Source: a virus
Lineage: Duplodnaviria; Caudoviricetes
DNA length: 64,000 nucleotides
Virus record (IMG/VR): IMGVR_UViG_3300014205_000200
Coordinates: 25,162 to 89,161 of that record
Strand: one strand, 5' to 3'
The position numbers were made by a program, and so were the translations under genes. Positions 1 to 8,655 of this stretch are shown piece after piece. The notes beneath the pieces were generated by a model, which had not been told where the DNA came from, ran no database searches, and worked only from the letters and a program-made list of their open reading frames with translations. Positions within the stretch are counted from its first letter, which is position 1; every line of letters starts with the position of its first letter.

Positions 1-2
1 CC

Positions 3-398
3 GAAACGATGGAGGTCGACGCCGAAGAGATCCCCGGTCCGCGGTTCGTGAAGGTGTCGAGCGACGACGAGTTGCGGGCCGTCATGGCCGAGTTCGGCAA
101 CTTCCCGCAGCGTGAGCAGTACAGCCTGTTCGTCGAGTACCAGGCGTCGGTGGACGTGATCGACCCCGTGGCGGCCCGGCTGGGCGCGTTGGAGGCCGAG
201 GGCCTGCTGGCCGGCTGGGAGATCCTCCCCGACCGGTCCCGATCCGAGAAGACCGCCCGGGAGGCGGCCCAGGCGGCCAGCGGCCAGCAGACGACCGAGG
301 CGGCGTTGGTCGCCTACGTGGAGGCGATGGAGCTGCCGGCTGATGTGGACCGCGGCCGGGTGTTGGAGCTGAGCCGAGGCTTCCTGGCGGGAAGATAG
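3..398 (+). CDS. C-terminal part of probable SbcD/Mre11-like (T4 gp47-like) nuclease, 5' truncated by window edge
   Basis: Frame is open upstream of the ATG at 9; lies two genes before an SbcC-like ATPase. No catalytic motif visible, so the call is mainly from context. Confidence 0.5.
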   Translation, partial: ETMEVDAEEIPGPRFVKVSSDDELRAVMAEFGNFPQREQYSLFVEYQASVDVIDPVAARLGALEAEGLLAGWEILPDRSRSEKTAREAAQAASGQQTTEAALVAYVEAMELPADVDRGRVLELSRGFLAGR

Positions 399-403
399 CG
401 GGC

Positions 404-784
404 ATGAACAACATCTTGAGTCGGTGGGAGGACTGCCAGAAGGTCGCCGATGACACGGCCGACGAGTGCTCGTTCTGCCATGTGGGGTTTCAGACGGGCG
501 ACGTCTCGCTCCTGTTCGGCGAAGTGTCGGTCGCCCCGGCGGTTCGGTTCTACTGTTGCCCGACCTGCTATGCCCGGAAGGCCGAGTCGGAGCCGCTGAT
601 CCCCAGCGCGACGATGGTCTACGTCGAGAACCAACATCGCCGGCTCGACTTCGAGCAGTTGCCGCCGACCGTTCAGGACCACTTTGCGGAGGCGTTGGAG
701 ATCGTGGACCGGATCCACCAGGGCGTTGAGGAGTGGGTTCGGAAGAACCAGCTGGTGATTCCACCCGAAGGAGCGGTCAGTTGA
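404..784 (+). CDS. hypothetical protein with CxxC...CxxC (Zn-finger-like)
   Basis: CSFC and CPTC; GGGAAGAT box 7 nt upstream of ATG. Confidence 0.6.
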   Translation: MNNILSRWEDCQKVADDTADECSFCHVGFQTGDVSLLFGEVSVAPAVRFYCCPTCYARKAESEPLIPSATMVYVENQHRRLDFEQLPPTVQDHFAEALEIVDRIHQGVEEWVRKNQLVIPPEGAVS

Positions 785-2400
785 TCGTCACCGAAATCAA
801 AGTTGAGGGTTTTATGGGCCACCAGAAGGCCCGGGAGGTCCGGCTCCCCGACCGGGGGATCGTCGTGCTGGAGGGGCCGAACGGCTCGGGCAAGAGCGCG
901 CTGATCGAATCGGTCGCCACGGCGCTCTGGGGCGAGACGCTTCGGGGCGAGACGCCATGGCGGACCAAGGAGCCGGGCTCGGTCGAGGTGGTGGCGGACG
1001 GGATCGAGTTCCGCCGGTCGGTGACGAAGGCTGGCTCGAAGCGGGTTGAGGTCGTGACGGCGGACGGTGAGATTCGCCATTGGCCGACCGTCGGGAAGGC
1101 TCGCGAAGAGATCGAGGGCATGGTCGGCGCCTACGAGGTCTGGAAGAAGGTCTCGGTCTTCAGCTCGGACGACGTGTCGCGGTTCAGCACCGCCACCGAC
1201 GCCGAGCGGAAGCGGCTGTTGGAGGAGCTGCTCGGGTTGGACCGGTTCGACTTGGCGTTGGACCGCTGTCGGGCGGCCCTCAAGCAGGCGTCGGGGGTGG
1301 TGGATCGGATCCGAGCCGACCAGGCCCGGTTGTTGGCGGTGGCGGAGGGCCGGCGAGCCCGACTAGAAGACGCCCGGGCGGTGCTGGCCCGGGTGGGGGC
1401 GGTGCCGCACACCGATCCGGTTCGGTTGGCCGAATTGGAGGATGGCGCGTCGGAGCTTTCGGGCGCTCAGGCGGACGCGAGGGCGTTGGTATCCAGCTTC
1501 CATCAGAAGACCGGAGAGTCCCGGGGAAAGCTGCGGGCGCTGGAGGCCCGGTTGGCCGAGCTGGGCGACGACCGGTGCCCGACGTGCGAGCGGACGATGA
1601 AGGGAGCCGCCCCCCTGCTGGCGCGCCTGAGGGCTGAGCAGGGGGCGTTGGAGGTCCAGTTGAAGGACGAGACGGACGCGCTAGAGGCCGCCGAAGCGTC
1701 TTTCCTGAAGATCACCCGGCTGATCGAGGAAGATACGAATTCCCTTCGGGGGTTGCGCGAGGCCGCCCGGGTGGCGGAGGCGGCCCAGCGACAGATCGAC
1801 AGCGCCAAGGCGACGATCGAACGGCTGGAGGCCGAGCTGTCGGGCGGTCTTCAGGCGGAGGCCGATGCCGACCAGGCGTTGGCGGCGGTCGAGTCCGAGC
1901 GGGCCGAGCTACAGGCGACCGAGGTCGTGCTGGGGCTTCGGGGCGTTCGGGCGCAGGTGCTCGGGCGCGCGCTCGACGGCATCGAGTCTTTGGCGAATTC
2001 GCATCTGGCCAAGATCGCCATCGAGCCGGACTTCCGGATCCGGGTTCGTTCGACGTCCGAGCTGAAGTCGGGCCGGACGGTCGACACCCTGTCGGTCGAG
2101 GTCGAAGGTGTGGGGGGCGGCCACGGCTACCGGGCCTGTTCGACCGGCCAGCGACGCCGGATCGATGTCGCGCTCGTGCTGGCGTTCGCCCGAGTGTCGG
2201 AGTACGCGCACGCTCGACAGGGCGGGACGCTGTTCTTGGACGAGATGTTCGACGGTCTGGACGACTACGGGATCGGGGCCGTCGTGGAGGTACTGGTCGA
2301 AGTCGCGCGCGAGCGGCCGGTGGTGGTCGTGACCCACAACCCCGGGCTGGCTGGCCGGCTGCGGCCAGTGGCCAGCAGGCTGCTGGAGTTCGGCGCCTAG
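781..2400 (+). CDS. sbcC: SbcC/Rad50-like SMC-family ATPase (T4 gp46-like recombination exonuclease subunit)
   Basis: Walker A GPNGSGKS, coiled coils around a CPTC zinc hook, signature-like CSTGQRRR, Walker B LFLDE, H-loop VVTHN; start probably TTG 781 after GGAG. Confidence 0.9.
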   Translation: MIVTEIKVEGFMGHQKAREVRLPDRGIVVLEGPNGSGKSALIESVATALWGETLRGETPWRTKEPGSVEVVADGIEFRRSVTKAGSKRVEVVTADGEIRHWPTVGKAREEIEGMVGAYEVWKKVSVFSSDDVSRFSTATDAERKRLLEELLGLDRFDLALDRCRAALKQASGVVDRIRADQARLLAVAEGRRARLEDARAVLARVGAVPHTDPVRLAELEDGASELSGAQADARALVSSFHQKTGESRGKLRALEARLAELGDDRCPTCERTMKGAAPLLARLRAEQGALEVQLKDETDALEAAEASFLKITRLIEEDTNSLRGLREAARVAEAAQRQIDSAKATIERLEAELSGGLQAEADADQALAAVESERAELQATEVVLGLRGVRAQVLGRALDGIESLANSHLAKIAIEPDFRIRVRSTSELKSGRTVDTLSVEVEGVGGGHGYRACSTGQRRRIDVALVLAFARVSEYAHARQGGTLFLDEMFDGLDDYGIGAVVEVLVEVARERPVVVVTHNPGLAGRLRPVASRLLEFGA

Positions 2401-2404
2401 ACCG

Positions 2405-2704
2405 ATGCCGAAGCGGCCGACCGCCCCCGGGCAGCTGAGCCTCTTCAAGGAGACGACGATGAACGACGCATTACCGGCCCCCAACGGGGCTCAACCGATC
2501 CCAACCGAGGCGAAGGCGCAGGCCGCCCGGGACGCCAACCGGGCGCTGATGGACCGGTACGACCAGCAGAAGAAGTGCCTTCAGCGGTTCGTGATCCGCC
2601 TTATCGAAAGCGGGGTGGAGAACGGCCTGAGTTCCTCCGAAGTCGTGATCCTTCGCGAGGGCCTGGAGGTTCTGGGCTGGCTTCCACGGGACGTGAAGGT
2701 GTAG
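2405..2704 (+). CDS. hypothetical protein
   Basis: ORF packed between sbcC and the ParB-like gene. Confidence 0.55.
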   Translation: MPKRPTAPGQLSLFKETTMNDALPAPNGAQPIPTEAKAQAARDANRALMDRYDQQKKCLQRFVIRLIESGVENGLSSSEVVILREGLEVLGWLPRDVKV

Positions 2705-2714
2705 AAGATCCGAA

Positions 2715-3476
2715 ATGGCAGCCCGCAAGAAGAAGCCCGCCCCAGTGCCGACCGCACCCGAGATGAAGATCGTCCTGACGCCGCTCGAGGAACTGCAACG
2801 CTGGCCGAAGAATCCAAAGCTCCACGACTGGGACACCCTCGGGGCGTCGATCAAGCGATTCGGCTTCGTCCAGCCGCTGACGGTCGACGAGGGGACCGGT
2901 CGGTTGGTGGCGGGCCACGGTCGGCTCGACATGCTGGCCAAGATGAAGGAGGCCGGCGAGGACCCACCGCCCCGGGTGTTGGTCCGGGACGACGGCGCCT
3001 GGATGGTGCCGGTCATCCGGGGGATCCGGTTCGAGAGCGAGCGCGAGGCCCAGGACTACCTGCTGGTCGACAACCGGGCGGTCGAGCGCGGCGGATGGGA
3101 CGAAGGTCTGCTGGCCGCCATGCTGCAAGAGACCAGCAAGGTTGATGACGGTCTCCGGTCGGTCGGCTTTACCGAGAAGGAGTTGAAGAAGCTCCTGGAG
3201 GCGGTCGCCGAGGAGGCGCCGATCATCCGCGACGCCACCCCGCCCGAGATGCTGAAGGGCTACCTGGCGAACGACGTTCGGCGGATGATGCTCTACTTCC
3301 AGGGCGACGTTTACGAACGGGTGGTCGCCAAGCTGGAGGCCATCATGCACGCCAACCCGCAGCTGGAAGATCACACGGACGTCTTCAACTTCCTGTTGGC
3401 CCACTACGAGGCGACCGATGGAACGGATCCAGATCACCAAGTATCCAAGCGACGAGGGCTGGCTCCGGCATCGTAG
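2715..3476 (+). CDS. ParB/Srx N-terminal-domain protein (phage type)
   Basis: WPKNPKLH, SIKRFGFVQPL, LVAGHGRL, LLVDNR: typical ParB-N motif series. Confidence 0.8.
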   Translation: MAARKKKPAPVPTAPEMKIVLTPLEELQRWPKNPKLHDWDTLGASIKRFGFVQPLTVDEGTGRLVAGHGRLDMLAKMKEAGEDPPPRVLVRDDGAWMVPVIRGIRFESEREAQDYLLVDNRAVERGGWDEGLLAAMLQETSKVDDGLRSVGFTEKELKKLLEAVAEEAPIIRDATPPEMLKGYLANDVRRMMLYFQGDVYERVVAKLEAIMHANPQLEDHTDVFNFLLAHYEATDGTDPDHQVSKRRGLAPAS

Positions 3477-4018
3477 GGTCTCGGAGGACGACTACGATCT
3501 GGTGATCGACCGGCCGGCCGCCCTCTACGACGGCGACCAGCTGGTGGCCGTCTACCGGCCGCTCGACGGCGCGGCTTCGTTGATCCCGCTCCTGCGCACC
3601 GTCCGGTACCAGAATGCCCGGCAGCGTCTTCACGAGCGGGATCGTCAACCAGACGAGCGAGCTGACCTACCACTACGACGCCGGCAACTTCCACGGAGCG
3701 TGGAGCTGCATGATGGCGCTCAGCTACGACACGGAGGGTGGCAATCTGGTGTTCCCCGCCTACCGGATCGCCCTCAGCGTGGAGGAGAACCGGCTCTTCA
3801 TGTTCAACGGCTCGGAGCTGCTCCACGGCGTCAGCCACATCAAGAAGCGGACTTCACGCGCCTACCGGTACTCGATCGTCTTCTACGCCCTGGAGGCGAT
3901 GAAGCACTGCCTCGAGCCCTGCGAGGAGGTGAAGCGGGCCCGCCAGTCCGACATCGTCCGGGCCCGGCGGACCCCCGAGGAGCGGCTGGTGGCGTTACGG
4001 AGCGGGCGAAAGGGTTAG
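3418..4018 (+). pseudogene. TET/JBP-family 2OG-Fe(II) dioxygenase, split into two frames (apparent internal deletion plus frameshift near 3610-3614)
   Basis: C-terminal piece (3614-4018) has FTSGIVN, HYD (HxD), GGNLVFP, LLHGV (distal His) and RYSIVFY (RxS). The N-terminal piece (3418-3612, DYDLVIDRP...VAVY) is in another frame. Confidence 0.7.
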
Positions 4019-4019
4019 C

Positions 4020-4367
4020 ATGACGGCGATCTTCTACTTGTCGGACGTCCGGTACGGCGGATGGCCGACCTTCACCGCCCACCTGGCGCTCTCGCTCCAG
4101 CGCGCGGGCGACAATCCCCGGATCTACAAGATCGGCGCCACGACGGAGGGCCGGGCCCGGCCGTTCGGTCGGGGGTTGAACTACCGGAACCTGAAGCTCC
4201 CAGCCGCGGTGGAGATCTGCCGACAGATCCCCGCCATCGTGGCGGTGGCGGCGCCGAAGTTCATCGAACCGGCGGTCGCGCTCCTGGAGGCGGGCGCGAC
4301 GCTGGTGGTCCATGACCCGACCGAGTCCGGACGAGAACGCGCGTTCTCGGGGGTGCTGGTCGGGTAG
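4020..4367 (+). pseudogene. N-terminal fragment of a TET-associated glycosyltransferase-like gene
   Basis: FYLSDVRYGGWPTFTAHL and VVHDPTE resemble phage GTs that follow TET/JBP genes (from memory); only 115 aa, and the protein-like sequence ends at the palindrome at 4333. Confidence 0.55.
4333..4348. repeat. 16-bp palindrome GAGAACGCGCGTTCTC, copy 1
   Basis: exact match; extends to an 18-bp palindrome. Confidence 0.95.
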
Positions 4368-4404
4368 GGACCCGGGCGCCCCCGAGAACCGCCAGGAGGA
4401 TCGT

Positions 4405-4578
4405 ATGCCGAAGATGATCTACATGGTCCTGACCGACCCTCAATTCAACGTCTTGAGCGACGCCCTTCAGTCCGCCGTCGCCGGCATCGGCGCGGGGGGC
4501 GGCGACTTCGAGTGGTCTCCTCGGACGGAGCGGGTGGCGAGCGAGCTGGCGACGGGGTTCCGTCGCAGAAGGCGATGA
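4405..4578 (+). CDS. small hypothetical protein
   Basis: AGGAGG SD before ATG 4405. Confidence 0.55.
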   Translation: MPKMIYMVLTDPQFNVLSDALQSAVAGIGAGGGDFEWSPRTERVASELATGFRRRRR

Positions 4579-4760
4579 AGCCTGTCCGTGGCGCGGTCGT
4601 GGACCTGACCGGGTTGGAGATCCGAACGGTGCTGAAGGCAGCGGAAATCCTTCCGTTGATCGACCCGGACTTCGCCCTAGGTTTCTTCACCCCCACCGAA
4701 CGGGCGGCGTTCCGTCGGGCGCAGGGTGTGCTTCGAGCCGCCGCAAAGGAGTTGAAGTGA
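4575..4760 (+). CDS. small hypothetical protein
   Basis: start/stop overlaps with both neighbours. Confidence 0.5.
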   Translation: MKPVRGAVVDLTGLEIRTVLKAAEILPLIDPDFALGFFTPTERAAFRRAQGVLRAAAKELK

Positions 4761-5149
4761 TGCGGACCGTCAAGCTGACGATCGAGTTGGACCTCACGTA
4801 CGACGGGATGTCGGGCGTCCATCGGCGCGACATCATCGCGGCCGTCGACGACTACCTGGAGGGCAGCTTCCAGGAGAGCCTGAAGAAAGGCCTGGGCGCG
4901 CTCGCGACCCCGGCTCGGATCGGTCTCCGGATCCGGTCGTCCGAGGGGAAGATGGGGGGGCGAATGAAGGGCCCACGCTACCCACTCGAACTGACGGCGG
5001 CCGAGTATCACTACGTCCGGGCCTACGTGGAGGCCGAGCACGAGATCGGCATGACGAACCGCTCGTCGGACAAGTTGGTGGCCGGTCTGCTGGACAAGCT
5101 CCGGCGGGCGTGGTCCGCCGGGTCGTCGAGGCGGCGAAGCCGGAGGTGA
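4757..5149 (+). CDS. hypothetical protein (possibly two genes, second start ATG 4964)
   Basis: internal GGGAAGAT box at 4946-4953 before an in-frame ATG. Confidence 0.5.
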   Translation: MMRTVKLTIELDLTYDGMSGVHRRDIIAAVDDYLEGSFQESLKKGLGALATPARIGLRIRSSEGKMGGRMKGPRYPLELTAAEYHYVRAYVEAEHEIGMTNRSSDKLVAGLLDKLRRAWSAGSSRRRSRR

Positions 5150-5150
5150 A

Positions 5151-5537
5151 GTGGTGAACGACCAAGAAGAAGCGGCGCTCCTGCGAGAGCGTCTGCGTGA
5201 GACCACCCACGCGGCCGCCCGGGTGGCGGAGCAGCTGGCGGACGCCCAACGGGATGCGGAGCGCTATCAGGCCCGCTGTCGGGCGCTGGAGCTGCGGCTC
5301 GAGGCCGTCCAGCTGGCGATGAGCCCGAAGTACGACCAAGCGCGGCTCGGGCTCCACATGGCCCGGCCAGAGTGGTGGGAGGCGATCGACCGTCTGGTGG
5401 CCGGGCCGGTCGCCGAGCCGGTCGCCGAGCAGCCGACCCTCGGGTGCCTTCACCTGGCCGACAGCTGGACGCCGGCCTCTGACCTGAACGATGTGCCGTG
5501 CCCGGTGTGCGGGCGGTTCTACGTGGACGGGCCCTGA
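5151..5537 (+). CDS. hypothetical coiled-coil protein with C-terminal CPVC
   Basis: ORF with GGAGG upstream. Confidence 0.55.
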   Translation: MVNDQEEAALLRERLRETTHAAARVAEQLADAQRDAERYQARCRALELRLEAVQLAMSPKYDQARLGLHMARPEWWEAIDRLVAGPVAEPVAEQPTLGCLHLADSWTPASDLNDVPCPVCGRFYVDGP

Positions 5538-5540
5538 CCG

Positions 5541-6338
5541 ATGACCCGGCGGCTGGTCTTGTGGGAAGGCCGATCGTGGATCGACGACGCCCCGGTGGTG
5601 TTGATCGGCACCCGGGCGCTGTCGCCGAGCGTCGTGAACCGCAAGACAGGCGACATCGTCCACACGTGGATCCTTCGCTCGGACCGGCGGCCGGCCGAGG
5701 CCTGGCGTGAGGGGCAGGACGCTTCGGTGTGCGGCGACTGCAAGCTGCGGGGCGATCCCGAGGACCCGGGGTCGCGGTCCTGCTACGTCCACCTGGGCCA
5801 CCTGGGGAACCTGTGGAACGCCTACCGGGCCGGTTCGATCCCCTACCTGACGGAGGACCGCCAGCTGGCCGGTCTGGTGGGCGGCCGGGTGGTGCGGATC
5901 GGCAGCTACGGTGACCCGCTCGTCCTTCCGTTCGACGTCATCCGGACCATCATCAGCCCGGCCCGGGCCCACATCGGCTACACGCACCTCTGGCGTCACC
6001 CGGGCGCCCGGGGGAAGCGTCACTATCGGCAGCTCCTGATGGCGTCGGTCGACACCGAAGCCGAGCAGGTGGCCGCCCGGGCGGCCGGGTGGCGGACCTT
6101 CCGGACGACCTTCCGTTCGTTCGGCGCCCCGAAGGAGCCGCCGCTCGGGGACGAGATCGTCTGCCCGGCGTCCGACGAGGCTGGTCACCTGTCGACCTGC
6201 GAGCGCTGTCGGCTCTGCAACGGCGTCCAGAAGCCCCGCCACGGCGTGGCGGACCGGCGGCGCAGCATCGTCATCCAGGCCCACCACAGCCCCAACGCCT
6301 ACGCGACGATGCGGTCCCGGTTGGCGATCGTCCGGTAG
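5541..6338 (+). CDS. Cys-rich conserved phage protein, possibly Fe-S/radical-SAM-like
   Basis: CGDC...CYV, RIGSYGDP, GYTH, MASVD, CPAS...CERCRLC clusters; function not established. Confidence 0.45.
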   Translation: MTRRLVLWEGRSWIDDAPVVLIGTRALSPSVVNRKTGDIVHTWILRSDRRPAEAWREGQDASVCGDCKLRGDPEDPGSRSCYVHLGHLGNLWNAYRAGSIPYLTEDRQLAGLVGGRVVRIGSYGDPLVLPFDVIRTIISPARAHIGYTHLWRHPGARGKRHYRQLLMASVDTEAEQVAARAAGWRTFRTTFRSFGAPKEPPLGDEIVCPASDEAGHLSTCERCRLCNGVQKPRHGVADRRRSIVIQAHHSPNAYATMRSRLAIVR

Positions 6339-6357
6339 CGGGGGGAAGATGGGCGTG

Positions 6358-6609
6358 ATGACGAACCCACCCACCACCCCAGAACCACCGGTCGAGCCGG
6401 CCCGACCTTCCTTCGAGGTCGCGCTCGCGGCCCTGCTGAATCACTACAGTCGGGAGACCGAGAGCGGCACGCCGGACTTCATCCTCGCCACCTACCTGAA
6501 CGACTGCCTGGCGGCCTTCAGCGTCGCGACCCGGGAGCGGACCCGCTGGTACAACCAGTCCGGGACCGAGCTGGGGGTGCCGGAGACCCGGACCGAGCCG
6601 GCCCGATGA
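6358..6609 (+). CDS. hypothetical phage protein
   Basis: LLNHYSRETESGTPDFILATYL; GGGAAGAT box 7 nt upstream. Confidence 0.6.
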   Translation: MTNPPTTPEPPVEPARPSFEVALAALLNHYSRETESGTPDFILATYLNDCLAAFSVATRERTRWYNQSGTELGVPETRTEPAR

Positions 6610-6818
6610 TCGTCACCGTCCTGTTGATCCTGTCGGTCGCCAGCTACTCGCTGCTGATGATGTGGATCGGTCGCCAGCTGGCCCTCTACGAGGAGCAGGA
6701 CCGGGTCGTCGTCTTCTTGAACCGGATGGCGCGCGAGCATGACCGCGACGGCACGACCCGGTCGGCCTCGCTCCTCCGGGAGGCGGCGAACCGGATCGGC
6801 GGCGAGCAGCACCGGTGA
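6606..6818 (+). CDS. small membrane protein
   Basis: N-terminal hydrophobic helix IVTVLLILSVASYSLLMMWI. Confidence 0.55.
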   Translation: MIVTVLLILSVASYSLLMMWIGRQLALYEEQDRVVVFLNRMAREHDRDGTTRSASLLREAANRIGGEQHR

Positions 6819-7039
6819 GAACGCGCGTTCTCGCCTCGGGGGAACGCGAGCCGGTCAGCTGTCCGGTTTGCCTCGGACCGATGCCGACCCGGTCGCTCAT
6901 GTGTCGGGCCTGCGGGCGGTCGTACGACCGATCGGCCCACCGGGAGGGTTCGGTCGCGGAGGTGATCCGGTGGGCGGCCGGCCGGTCTCGGCGGGCCGAG
7001 CGGGAAGCAGCTGGGCGTGGGGTGGGTGTGCCGCGATGA
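6815..7039 (+). CDS. small Zn-finger-like protein
   Basis: CPVC...CRAC. Confidence 0.45.
   Translation: MRTRVLASGEREPVSCPVCLGPMPTRSLMCRACGRSYDRSAHREGSVAEVIRWAAGRSRRAEREAAGRGVGVPR
6817..6832. repeat. 16-bp palindrome copy 2
   Basis: exact match overlapping the TGA of the preceding gene. Confidence 0.95.
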
Positions 7040-7135
7040 GGCGAAGTGCCTTGAGGAGATCTGGGGCATCGGCTTCGAGAAGGTCTCGGTGACGGAGCTC
7101 GGAAGCGAGGGCCTCGCGGCCCAGAAGGGGAAGCG

Positions 7136-7342
7136 ATGATGAAGTTCACAGCGGAGATCTACATGGAGACCCGGCGATGCCGTGCGTGCGGCCGGTGGTG
7201 GGCGCTGGAGGACGGCGCTGGAGGCGATTGCCCTAAGTGCAAGAGCGCCTACGTGGATGGCCTGCGCGAGCAACTCAAGGCAGCTCGCCGCACGAACGCC
7301 GGCCTGAAGGGCGCCTTGGCCCGGGCGAAGGGGAAGCGATGA
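7136..7342 (+). CDS. small Zn-ribbon/coiled-coil protein
   Basis: CRAC...CPKC. Confidence 0.6.
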   Translation: MMKFTAEIYMETRRCRACGRWWALEDGAGGDCPKCKSAYVDGLREQLKAARRTNAGLKGALARAKGKR

Positions 7343-7542
7343 AGATCACGGAGGCGATGCTCAACGATCTGCGGACGGCGGTCCGCGATGGACGACCATG
7401 CGTGTTGGACCCGGAGGAGGTGCTGGCCCTCCTCGACGAGCGGAAGGCGCTTCGGGAGGCGGTGCGTTCGTGGCGAGACCAATGCGGGATCACGCAGGAC
7501 GAGGGGTCCGTCGCCCTCGCCCTCGGGGAGGACGAATCATGA
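7339..7542 (+). CDS. hypothetical protein
   Basis: ATGA overlaps on both sides. Confidence 0.5.
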   Translation: MKITEAMLNDLRTAVRDGRPCVLDPEEVLALLDERKALREAVRSWRDQCGITQDEGSVALALGEDES

Positions 7543-7700
7543 GCGGAGCGAAGACGGGTGCGGCTGGCCTGGCCCTGCAAAAGGTCGAGGCATTGGAGAA
7601 GCGCGTAGCGGGGCTGGAGCAGCGCCTGGCGCGGTACGAACTCGCCTCGCTGGAGCGGACGGAGCGGCGCGTAGCGGAGAGAGAGGCGGGCCGAGCCTAG
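7539..7700 (+). CDS. small coiled-coil protein
   Basis: ATGA overlap; heptad-like sequence. Confidence 0.5.
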   Translation: MSGAKTGAAGLALQKVEALEKRVAGLEQRLARYELASLERTERRVAEREAGRA

Positions 7701-7831
7701 GCCGGTAGTCGGTCCTATCCCTGCGGGTTACGTGTTGTGGAATGGAGAAGCACGAGGCACGGTTGGAAGCCTGGCAGCGCGACCGGAGCGGGGTTGGCCG
7801 GCCGGTGGAAGTGGCGAAGGAGTAGTTATCC

Positions 7832-8635
7832 GTGCTGACGATTGGATCTCTCTTTGCCGGCATCGGCGGGCTTGAGCTCGGGCTCGAGTGGGCCGGGGTC
7901 GGCGAGACCCGCTGGCAGGTGGAGATCGATCCGTACTGCCGGCGTGTCCTTGAGCGGCACTGGCCCCAGGCGGAGCGCTTCGAGGATGTGACCGCGTTCG
8001 GCGGTCGGCCGGCAGACCTGATCTGTGGCGGGTTCCCGTGCCAGGACCTGTCAGTCGCCGGGAAGCAGAAGGGGATCGACCATGGAGAACGATCGGGGCT
8101 CTGGCGCGAGTTTGAGCGTGTCGTGGGGGCAGTCCGGCCAGGGTGGGTGGTCGTGGAGAACGTTGCCCACACTTGGCGAAAGTGGGTGCCCCGTGTGCGG
8201 AGCGATCTGCACCGGCTCGGATATGCCAGCGTGCCGCTTCGAGTGCGAGCCAGTGACGTCGGGGCGTGGCACGAGAGGTCCCGGGTCTTCGTTGTTGCCG
8301 ACGCTCACGGCATCCTCCTACGGGAGCAACAAGGGCGGCGGGGCGGCGGGGCGCCTTGGGGTGGAGCGCTTGAGCTTGCAGTCGCTCGCGCGAAGGGGGC
8401 TGATACCGACCCTCACTCGACACGCCGCCACGAAGGGGGCGGGGGAGTCACGGTTTCGCGAGGGCGGCCCCAGCCTCAACACGGTGATCGGTGGTGGGCC
8501 TCTGAGCCCGATGTGGCTCGAGTGGTTCATGGGCTTCCCGGACGGGTGGACCGAGCCGCCGCCCTAGGAAACGCGGTGGTGCCTCAGGCTGCGATGGCGG
8601 TGGGGCACTTCATTCAGAGCATGCGAGAAGACTGA
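7832..8635 (+). CDS. dcm: C5 cytosine DNA methyltransferase (alpha polypeptide)
   Basis: motif I FAGIGG, II-III EIDPY/FEDV, IV GGFPCQDLS, VI VVENV, VIII HERSRVFVVA, X LGNAVVP; no recognisable motif IX. Confidence 0.9.
   Translation: MLTIGSLFAGIGGLELGLEWAGVGETRWQVEIDPYCRRVLERHWPQAERFEDVTAFGGRPADLICGGFPCQDLSVAGKQKGIDHGERSGLWREFERVVGAVRPGWVVVENVAHTWRKWVPRVRSDLHRLGYASVPLRVRASDVGAWHERSRVFVVADAHGILLREQQGRRGGGAPWGGALELAVARAKGADTDPHSTRRHEGGGGVTVSRGRPQPQHGDRWWASEPDVARVVHGLPGRVDRAAALGNAVVPQAAMAVGHFIQSMRED
8025..8567 (+). CDS. probable methyltransferase beta polypeptide (motif IX) nested in an alternative frame
   Basis: LLPTLTAS, LIPTLT and C-terminal LSPMWLEWFMGFPDGWT resembling motif IX; true start uncertain. 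Confidence 0.65.
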   Translation: MAGSRARTCQSPGSRRGSTMENDRGSGASLSVSWGQSGQGGWSWRTLPTLGESGCPVCGAICTGSDMPACRFECEPVTSGRGTRGPGSSLLPTLTASSYGSNKGGGAAGRLGVERLSLQSLARRGLIPTLTRHAATKGAGESRFREGGPSLNTVIGGGPLSPMWLEWFMGFPDGWTEPPP

Positions 8636-8655
8636 CTTCGCCACGCAAGGAGGGG

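Noticed and set aside
3600-3625. Programmed frameshift restoring TET
   Set aside because: No slippery heptamer at the junction, and joining the frames would still appear to lack the central segment.
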